A DNA stretch of 64,000 bases from Candidatus Collierbacteria bacterium (GTDB taxonomy: Bacteria > Patescibacteriota > Microgenomatia > UBA1400 > JACPES01): contig JACRNH010000026.1 of the NCBI GenBank assembly GCA_016219325.1, positions 3,098 to 67,097 on the forward strand, given 5' to 3'. The notes below the pieces were generated by a model. It ran no database searches, was not told the DNA's origin, and worked only from the letters and a program-made list of their open reading frames with translations. This document shows positions 57,128 to 64,000 of the stretch, in pieces (position 1 is the first letter of the stretch; the number at the start of each line of letters is the position of its first letter). A program made the position numbers and the translations under genes.

Positions 57128-58194
57128 TTGGCGGCAACCTATCGTTAGAACCTATCTCTCTAAAAAAGGTAAATCAAAATCTGTTTCCTGAAAATAAAAC
57201 TTTTTGGCTGCAATGCGGACGCGGCGGATTGACTTTAATTATTAAATTACTAGGCTTAAATCCAAAAGATGAAGTTTTGCTGCCTAGTTACCACTGTCAA
57301 GAAATCGTTAAACCTTTTTTACATAATGGAATTAAATGTATTTACTATCCTGTAGGCAAAAATTTACAAATTCGGCTCGCCGATATTGCGCTTAAAGTCA
57401 ATCCCCAAACCAAGCTTATTGTCATCATCCCTTATGCTGGTTGGCTCCAAAAAGAAACACGTCTTATCGAATCCTGGTGTCAACAAAAGAAAATTCCCTT
57501 GTTGAAAGATAACGTGCCGTTGGTACCGGAAATCGTCAAATCTCAACCAAATACGTTTCAGCTTTACAGTTTCCGAAAATATGCCGGGGTCCCTAGCGGT
57601 GCGGCGATGGTGCTGCCAAGAGAGTTCAACAAAGAAAATTATTTAGACATACATTTTTCACATCCAAAACTATTTCCCGAGTTGCTTCAAACGCTCGCGC
57701 TTCTCCTGAGAAGTTTTAGTCATCTTTTTCATTCAGATTTCGCTTGGGCAATTTCCTACAAACTATATCACTTAGGTGAAACTCTCTTCGACGACAAAGT
57801 CAGACACATCTCAATCTTATCTTATCATTGGGTGAAACGGATTAAATGGGATACAATCATTCGGAAACGAAGAGAAAATGCCAACTTTATGCAACAAAAA
57901 CTCATCCATCTAAAAAAAATTACCTTGTTGAATTTACCTTCTCCCAAACGAGCGACTCCCCTATTGTTTCCGATTGTCTCGTCTAAAGCCGCGCGCGTAA
58001 AAGATCTTATTAGAAGTGAAGGAATTTTTGCCACTCAATTGTGGCCTTTTCCCGAAAATCTTAGCCCCTCAAAAAATCCTGATTCCTACTGGCTCACCAA
58101 CAATCTTTTGTATCTGAATATAGATCAGCGTTATGGTAAAAAGGAAATGGACTATCAGATAAAAACATTAGCAAGGGGCGTCCGCCATGATTGA
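57124..58194 (+). CDS. Divergent DegT-fold (PLP aminotransferase-like) protein
   Basis: CGRGGLTLIIKLLGLNPKDEVLLPSYHCQE and YSFRKYAGVPSGAAMV resemble DegT small-domain and Lys regions but diverge. Confidence 0.35.
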   Translation: MIGGNLSLEPISLKKVNQNLFPENKTFWLQCGRGGLTLIIKLLGLNPKDEVLLPSYHCQEIVKPFLHNGIKCIYYPVGKNLQIRLADIALKVNPQTKLIVIIPYAGWLQKETRLIESWCQQKKIPLLKDNVPLVPEIVKSQPNTFQLYSFRKYAGVPSGAAMVLPREFNKENYLDIHFSHPKLFPELLQTLALLLRSFSHLFHSDFAWAISYKLYHLGETLFDDKVRHISILSYHWVKRIKWDTIIRKRRENANFMQQKLIHLKKITLLNLPSPKRATPLLFPIVSSKAARVKDLIRSEGIFATQLWPFPENLSPSKNPDSYWLTNNLLYLNIDQRYGKKEMDYQIKTLARGVRHD

Positions 58195-59131
58195 TATTTA
58201 TTATCTTAAAGAATACGGAAAAATTTTGGCTGAATATGAAAAAGCCGATTTCGAACTTTTCAAATATCAAAAGGGTCCGCATTCAGTCGTCTACCCTATC
58301 CTAAAAAGGAAAATTGATAGTAAATGGTGCGATATAACCTCACCTTACGGCTACTCCGGTCCCTTCGCCAACTTCCAAGATAAAAAGTTTTATCTGGAAT
58401 TTCGCCAAGCTTTTAATCTCTATTGCCAAAAAAATAATATCATCAGCGAATTTATTCGTTTTCATCCGCTGCTTAAAAATCACTTAACTGCCAAAGGTGT
58501 AATCCCACTAATAAAAAGAGGCGAAACAATCTGGATTGACTTATCAAAGTCTGAAAAGCAACTTTTTGGCGACTTCAGAAAAGGACATCGTAATATTATT
58601 CGAAAATCTCAAAATAATAATGTCTTAGTGAAACTGGAATCACCGCAGAAAATCAATCAATTCTATCGTTTATACATTGACACTATGAAAAGAAAAAAAT
58701 CTAAAGACTATTATTTATTCTCCGAAAAGTTCTTTAAAGATCACTTTAATAGATTAAACAATAATATCTTTTGGCTGGGAGCCCATTATCAAGATAAACT
58801 TATTGCCGGAGCCATATTTTTAAAATCGGATGATTTTCTCCATTACCATTTCGCCGGAAGTGACAGTCAATATTTAAGTTTAAGTCCGGGAACCTTGATA
58901 CTTTGGGAAGCAATTAAAATCGGCAAAGAACTTGGTCTTCGCAAATTTCATCTAGGTGGTGGAATTGATGATAAATTATTTTTTTACAAATCGGGATTTT
59001 CGGACAACCGTGCTGATTTTTATACCGGAGAAGTAATCCACAACCAAAAAACATATAACTATTTACTATCCCAAAAAAGCGACATAACTAATGAACATTA
59101 CTTCCCCTTATACAGACAACCAAAATTATGA
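58187..59131 (+). CDS. FemAB/BioF2-like GNAT-fold acyl/aminoacyl-transferase
   Basis: About 314 aa, HYHFAGSDSQYLSLSPGTLILWEAIK typical of Acetyltransf_6/FemAB family. Confidence 0.45.
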   Translation: MIDIYYLKEYGKILAEYEKADFELFKYQKGPHSVVYPILKRKIDSKWCDITSPYGYSGPFANFQDKKFYLEFRQAFNLYCQKNNIISEFIRFHPLLKNHLTAKGVIPLIKRGETIWIDLSKSEKQLFGDFRKGHRNIIRKSQNNNVLVKLESPQKINQFYRLYIDTMKRKKSKDYYLFSEKFFKDHFNRLNNNIFWLGAHYQDKLIAGAIFLKSDDFLHYHFAGSDSQYLSLSPGTLILWEAIKIGKELGLRKFHLGGGIDDKLFFYKSGFSDNRADFYTGEVIHNQKTYNYLLSQKSDITNEHYFPLYRQPKL

Positions 59132-61020
59132 AATTAAAACATCTTTTTTTCGTGACTTCAATGAATGAGTCCAAACAAAGTTTGTTACAGATTGACAAAC
59201 TGGATAAGCAAAATGTCAAAATAGAAATTATTTCTTCTGATCCGACTACAAATATCTTCTCGAAGAAACTAAATATTAAATTCTCGGACATCGGAAACTA
59301 TTATCCTGCTTCCCGGCGCGTCAAAACAGCCAAAAATCACTTAAATATGTTGATGGAAAAATGGAATTCTGACCCCCGGTTACATAAAAATCTTCTATAC
59401 AAAAGTCAATTCCGGCTCAACCGCCTGATTGGATATTCTTTAGACCTGTTTCTGGCCGAAATCCTACATAGCCTAATGACCGCTGAAGAAATAATTAAGA
59501 AAACAAAACCAGATGTAATTCATATTTCTCCGCGATGGCTGGAGTCTCCATTTAGACGCTATCAATCGGAGAAACTAAACCTAGAGAACATTGCCCTTTA
59601 TCAATTGGCCAAGAAGCGCCGCTTGCGAGTCATGAACTTCAGAATTCCGCTTTCACAAACAATGTTCGCTTATACAATAAACTTTTTGGTCGCATTAACT
59701 TGGCAATTACTTCGCGCCTCATATCATCAATTATTTCACCCGGCATCGCCTATTAAATCCAATAAATTAATCATCATGGCTAATTACTACCAATTGGAAA
59801 ACTTTATCCCGGCAATAAAGAAATTAAAAAAACAGAACCGCAGCCTCGCTGTTATCGGGAAGATCTCTCCCGAGCAAACAAAAAAATTAGCAAATCTCAT
59901 TCCAACATTTATATCTTTGGAAACACTGGAAAAACAAAAAAAAACCTTATGGCAAACACGGCTTATTAACACAGTCGCATTTAACCTTAAATTAATAATT
60001 TCATATTCTCATTTGAAACATTTCTTTGATCTGGAGAATCAAAAATATTGGCAATTTTTGTTCCCCAAATTTCTTTATTACTTTATGGCTGAATTCCCCC
60101 TTCTTACGGATTATCTCGACGGCGCCAACCATCTCTTCAAACAGGGAAAATTATTGGTAACTCCGGCTACGGCCGACAATGTTAGCCAAACCATTGCCAT
60201 GGCGGCTAAATCCACGGAAACAACTGTGCTGGAATTTCAGCATGGAATCATCTTGAATGAAGATGACGACCACTCTTTTAGAAATAACGATTATTTCGCG
60301 GTTTGGGGAGAAAAAACGCGTTCAATTATCGCCAAAAGTCAAAACCCGGAAAAAATTCCGATTACCGGATATCCGCTTTTTGACCGCTACCGATATCCAC
60401 ATTCGTCAATTATTTCCAAATCATCTCTAAGACAAAAATTACATATATCTCATCATAAAACAAAAGTTCTTTTAATCCTTTCCGTATTTCCCTCCGGCGC
60501 CACCAGATTATATCCAAACAAATCCCCATATCAATTTATGACGATGATATTCAATACCCTGCTGGCATCGGGCGAAGACTGGAAAGTGATATTCCGCCCT
60601 CATCCTTCGGTTGACGCATCATGGATTATCTCCTTAGCTAAGGATATGAAAATTGATCTTTTCTACGATCATCGGGAGCTTAAACTTGAAGAGGCGATTG
60701 CCGCCAGTGATGTTATTATTTCTAATCCTTCTACAACCACGATAGAAAGCATGTTCCAGCAAAAGCCAATTCTTTTATATGACTTTCCGGGCATGAATGG
60801 CGCCTATAATTATTCCAATTGGTTTATTATTTCTTCCGGCGCCACAGCGATGTTCAAATCTCAAACGGAATTAAAAAAATTGATAGAAAAGTCTCTTTAT
60901 GATAAACTATTTAGGAATACGATGTTTGCCCGGCAAAAAATCTTTCTAAAAGAATACTGTTCTGCGTTCTCTAAGCCGGCCACCGACAAAGCGCGATCAC
61001 TGATTGCTAAACTTAGTTAA
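59128..61020 (+). CDS. Putative GT-B nonulosonic-acid (sialyl-like) transferase, 630 aa
   Basis: C-terminal half has FRPHPS (HP motif) and SNPSTTTIES region reminiscent of bacterial GT-B sialyltransferase/capsule glycerophosphotransferase folds; location next to NulO cassette. Confidence 0.3.
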   Translation: MKLKHLFFVTSMNESKQSLLQIDKLDKQNVKIEIISSDPTTNIFSKKLNIKFSDIGNYYPASRRVKTAKNHLNMLMEKWNSDPRLHKNLLYKSQFRLNRLIGYSLDLFLAEILHSLMTAEEIIKKTKPDVIHISPRWLESPFRRYQSEKLNLENIALYQLAKKRRLRVMNFRIPLSQTMFAYTINFLVALTWQLLRASYHQLFHPASPIKSNKLIIMANYYQLENFIPAIKKLKKQNRSLAVIGKISPEQTKKLANLIPTFISLETLEKQKKTLWQTRLINTVAFNLKLIISYSHLKHFFDLENQKYWQFLFPKFLYYFMAEFPLLTDYLDGANHLFKQGKLLVTPATADNVSQTIAMAAKSTETTVLEFQHGIILNEDDDHSFRNNDYFAVWGEKTRSIIAKSQNPEKIPITGYPLFDRYRYPHSSIISKSSLRQKLHISHHKTKVLLILSVFPSGATRLYPNKSPYQFMTMIFNTLLASGEDWKVIFRPHPSVDASWIISLAKDMKIDLFYDHRELKLEEAIAASDVIISNPSTTTIESMFQQKPILLYDFPGMNGAYNYSNWFIISSGATAMFKSQTELKKLIEKSLYDKLFRNTMFARQKIFLKEYCSAFSKPATDKARSLIAKLS

Positions 61021-62568
61021 TCAAATACAGGGTAATAGTTCAAAAATATAACCCCTCTCGTCTGTCCATAACAAGCAATAACTATTCAAAACGTGCCTTT
61101 TAAGCTCTTTCTCGTTCTTAAATGTTTCTAGATCGGTTACTACCAGATATCTATAGTTTTTGGCCATTAATTCCGTCAGTTGAACTTCGGGCGATTTATT
61201 AATCCAATTGTCACCACTGGATAAATATTTATACTCTGCCAGATCTCTTTTTGTCATTTGCGCCGGTAAAAAATTGATCGGTATAGTCCAACGATCCAAA
61301 TAAAAACCGTGTAGAGGTGGGCTTACATTGCTTATCAACACCAATGAATCATCTTTGGGGACGAGTCCTTTTACTTCATTTATAAGTAGTGACTGTTTAT
61401 CCAATTCCAACGCTAGCTTTGGTTGAACAAATAGATAACTACGCCAACTGATCAAAATCAATAGAAAAAATACTGTTGGATAACGCCACCAACGATTGTT
61501 TAAATTAAGAGTAATCTTATATATAGAGTAAGAAATTCCTAAAGTTACCGGCGGCAATAAACTAGTGAAGTAATATTCTTGTAAACTATTGCCGGACATT
61601 ATTACCAACATTAGTCCAACAGACAAACCCCAGCTTAATATTAAACTACTGTAAATTTTGGCTTTTGTGCTTTTTTTTCTAAAATCAATAATCAAATAAA
61701 AAAGAGATAAAAGAAACAACAAAACTCCTATATTTGTCGCAGTAGCTACAACTAAATTGTCCAATAATCCCTTCCAAAATAAATAATCCCTAGAATAAAT
61801 TAAAAATATTGATAATAAATAATCTTTCCTCCATACTGCGTCAAAACTGCTTGGAGTCGTCGCTCTAACCGGAGAAATAACCATGAACCACCAAATATAC
61901 AAACTAAAAATTGTGATCATAGCCAATGTTAGAAAAGTCACCCAAATATACTTACTTTGGTTTTTTCGATTTATTAAAACCGCCACCGCCATCGGCGCCA
62001 ACAAATAAACATTGGTTAATTTCATCAGCACGCTTCCTACTGATAAAATTGACGATAAAACAACGTTCCTCGCCTTACTATTCTTTAAATATCTAACCCA
62101 GAGCACAAAAGCCCACACCATCATTGTGATCATCGGATATTCCGGCTGGATCGACCTCGACTGAATAATCGACAGCGGTAACACCGCCAAGAGCGCCACC
62201 GGTAGTAAACGGGATAACTTATCGCTAAAAAACAACGATTGAAATTTATAAATGGCAATTGATAACAACGGATAAAAAGCGATGATCCCCAACCTGGCCA
62301 AACTAGTGGAAAATTCCCCGGCCAATTTCATCAGTTGGGCGATACCCCACCACAACAGCGGAAACTCCTGAAGCAAATACCCAGGGCGAGCGAAATTGTG
62401 AACCACTGGCCGAAGAAATGTTGTTTCGTTTAGATAAAAACTTCTGATTATATCTAAATCCATTACCTGCCTAGTGGGAAACCATTCCACCGGAGGTTGA
62501 TGTAAATTGACTAGACGAATTGCAACCCCAAAAATAATTATTAGTAAAAGAAATAATTTTTCTCTCAT
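61021..62568 (-). CDS. Polytopic membrane protein, probable GT-C family glycosyltransferase
   Basis: 515 aa, about 12 TM, no soluble domain. Confidence 0.35.
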   Translation of the reverse strand: MREKLFLLLIIIFGVAIRLVNLHQPPVEWFPTRQVMDLDIIRSFYLNETTFLRPVVHNFARPGYLLQEFPLLWWGIAQLMKLAGEFSTSLARLGIIAFYPLLSIAIYKFQSLFFSDKLSRLLPVALLAVLPLSIIQSRSIQPEYPMITMMVWAFVLWVRYLKNSKARNVVLSSILSVGSVLMKLTNVYLLAPMAVAVLINRKNQSKYIWVTFLTLAMITIFSLYIWWFMVISPVRATTPSSFDAVWRKDYLLSIFLIYSRDYLFWKGLLDNLVVATATNIGVLLFLLSLFYLIIDFRKKSTKAKIYSSLILSWGLSVGLMLVIMSGNSLQEYYFTSLLPPVTLGISYSIYKITLNLNNRWWRYPTVFFLLILISWRSYLFVQPKLALELDKQSLLINEVKGLVPKDDSLVLISNVSPPLHGFYLDRWTIPINFLPAQMTKRDLAEYKYLSSGDNWINKSPEVQLTELMAKNYRYLVVTDLETFKNEKELKRHVLNSYCLLWTDERGYIFELLPCI

Positions 62569-62569
62569 A

Positions 62570-63469
62570 TTAGATCTTACGAGTTGCTACAACTATTTCA
62601 TCCTGAAAATCAGTCACACTGGCAATTCTGGTTAATTGGGCTACAACAGTGGCTAGTGCTTGCTGTTTTATCTCATCGCCATGATTAGTGGTAACTTTTA
62701 ATCGTTGTCTGACATTTGATACATCCACAATATCTACCCCTTCACACCACAAAACCTTAAAATCGTTTTTTCCAAGCAGTTTAGAAAGAGATTGTCTGTC
62801 GTAATGAAAAAGATGGCCGAAAGCATTATCAGTCTGAAACAATTCTTCCAATGGCATTGATAAAATTCCTCCCGAAATTCTTGCCAGAAAATATGCAATC
62901 CTGGAGATCAATCCCTTTTGATTTGGAACCGACAGCACTAAATATCCATTTCGCTTAATTTTTGTTGTTACTAGACGGATAATTTTGTGTGGATCGGAAA
63001 AATGCTCAAATACATTCCACAAAGTTACCATGTCAAATTTTCCTTTAACTTTGCCCAACTGCTCGGCTCCAAACCAGTAGATCAGATACGATTTGTTAAT
63101 CTTGTCTTTCATGAAAGGAGATGGCTCCATTCCCACTGTTATCGCGGTACTGAATTTTCTCTTTACTTCATCCAGAAACCAGCCGGCAGCGCAGCCAATA
63201 TCCAACACAGATATTCCATTTTTAAACAGTTCTTTATGCTTTTCAACAAATTGTTTGTGAGATTTCTTACGAAACATCCGGTAATATTTAAGCCATTGAT
63301 CAACCTGATAGGAATCAAAAAAATCCTTGTTAGGATTATGAAAATTAGGTTTAGCAAAAACTACGCCACAATGACTGCAATTGTATAAATTTGTCACCGA
63401 TAGTTTAATCGGTTGATCATCAATAAAATTACATTTACAAATTGGACAAAAGTTTTTATCTTTTTCCAT
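62570..63469 (-). CDS. Class I SAM-dependent methyltransferase with N-terminal Zn-ribbon
   Basis: CPICKC...CSHCG; VLDIGCAAGWF motif I. Confidence 0.55.
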   Translation of the reverse strand: MEKDKNFCPICKCNFIDDQPIKLSVTNLYNCSHCGVVFAKPNFHNPNKDFFDSYQVDQWLKYYRMFRKKSHKQFVEKHKELFKNGISVLDIGCAAGWFLDEVKRKFSTAITVGMEPSPFMKDKINKSYLIYWFGAEQLGKVKGKFDMVTLWNVFEHFSDPHKIIRLVTTKIKRNGYLVLSVPNQKGLISRIAYFLARISGGILSMPLEELFQTDNAFGHLFHYDRQSLSKLLGKNDFKVLWCEGVDIVDVSNVRQRLKVTTNHGDEIKQQALATVVAQLTRIASVTDFQDEIVVATRKI

Positions 63470-63485
63470 AAGAATTCCTCAAACA

Positions 63486-63998
63486 CTAACGCGATTTTCT
63501 AAAATTAGTCAATAGAAGCGCAACTTCGTCACCGATTTTCAAAATCTTCCAGGAAATCCAAAACAATATTAAGCTGCTCGTAGTCTGAAACACCAAAGCC
63601 AAATGTTCATATTTAATCCAAGGCGCCACTAATTCACGCAAAGCCGGCCTTTCGGGCGCCGCAACGTACCAATTACGCAATAATCCCCATTGCACCGGCC
63701 AAGTATAAACATACCCCAACAGCAACATTAAACTGAAAATCCAAATCCATCTTGAACTCCAATTTCTTTTCACCAAAACATAGACCAATACCGGAACGAT
63801 TAGAACAAACCTGTGAATCAAATTCGCCGGATTGGCGATAAACATTGCCGCCAGCGATGCCATGATTATCTCCGCGTAATCCAATCCCGTTTTTATTTTT
63901 CGCCTGGAAGCAATCCATATGATGTATAAATAAAGAATTCCTCCGGCAAAAATTGATAACCACATTAAGATCACGTCCGGCCGTAAATTAAATTCCAA
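63486..63998 (-). CDS. Membrane protein, hypothetical (may extend past window end)
   Basis: Hydrophobic ORF, 170 aa. Confidence 0.3.
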   Translation of the reverse strand: MEFNLRPDVILMWLSIFAGGILYLYIIWIASRRKIKTGLDYAEIIMASLAAMFIANPANLIHRFVLIVPVLVYVLVKRNWSSRWIWIFSLMLLLGYVYTWPVQWGLLRNWYVAAPERPALRELVAPWIKYEHLALVFQTTSSLILFWISWKILKIGDEVALLLTNFRKSR

Positions 63999-64000
63999 TT

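Noticed and set aside
59936-59944. A9 homopolymer in the 630-aa putative NulO transferase; also A8-A9 runs at ~52888-52896, 44565-44572, 55728-55735 and T8 at ~26233-26240
   Set aside because: Poly-A/T runs of 8-9 are expected at this AT content and are far less slippage-prone signals than the G7 tract. Noted but not called as phase-variation switches.

Overview
By eye this is an AT-rich, gene-dense window (about 61 ORFs, short or overlapping gene junctions). It is essentially one large cell-envelope glycan biosynthesis island. Six GT4 and about six GT2 glycosyltransferases are present. At least six ArnT/PMT-like GT-C membrane glycosyltransferases carry a W/FxDE motif. Two YfhO-like giant membrane proteins have the FP(L/V)W motif. 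Also present are an initiating PglC-like phosphoglycosyltransferase (partial at the 5' edge), ManC, a Wzx-like flippase, an O-antigen-ligase-like protein, Wzm/Wzt ABC exporter genes, two LbH acetyltransferases and several SAM methyltransferases. A lipid-linked aminopentose module resembles Arn: DegT aminotransferase, UDP-GlcA decarboxylase, epimerase, an ArnC-like GT2, an ArnE-like SMR flippase and GT-C. A complete nonulosonic-acid cassette (legionaminic/pseudaminic-like) is present: PseB-like dehydratase, DegT, NeuC-like, NeuB-like, CMP-transferase, a FemAB-like acyltransferase and a putative sialyltransferase-like GT-B. A carbamoyltransferase sits with SxtJ-like and DUF5989/SxtK-like small proteins and SGNH hydrolases. 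A 954-aa fusion protein combines a sugar C-methyltransferase, a GT2 domain and a second methyltransferase. Two toxin-antitoxin/Abi modules are embedded: DUF4258/DUF2283 inserted between wzm and wzt, and AbiEi/AbiEii. No rRNA, tRNA or CRISPR was seen. The gene content suggests a CPR/Patescibacteria-like or other small-genome bacterium, but this is unverified. The most unusual signal is at least four unrelated families of short GC-rich palindromes inserted in-frame inside coding sequences. Heptanucleotide tandem repeats, 7 nt units so not a multiple of 3, also sit in-frame in glycosyltransferase genes; one identical (GAATTCA)n tract is shared by two unrelated genes. A G7 homopolymer lies in the CMP-sugar synthetase gene. 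Several families of intergenic inverted-repeat elements abut or overlap gene ends. Coordinates of small repeats are read by eye and may be off by 1-2 nt.
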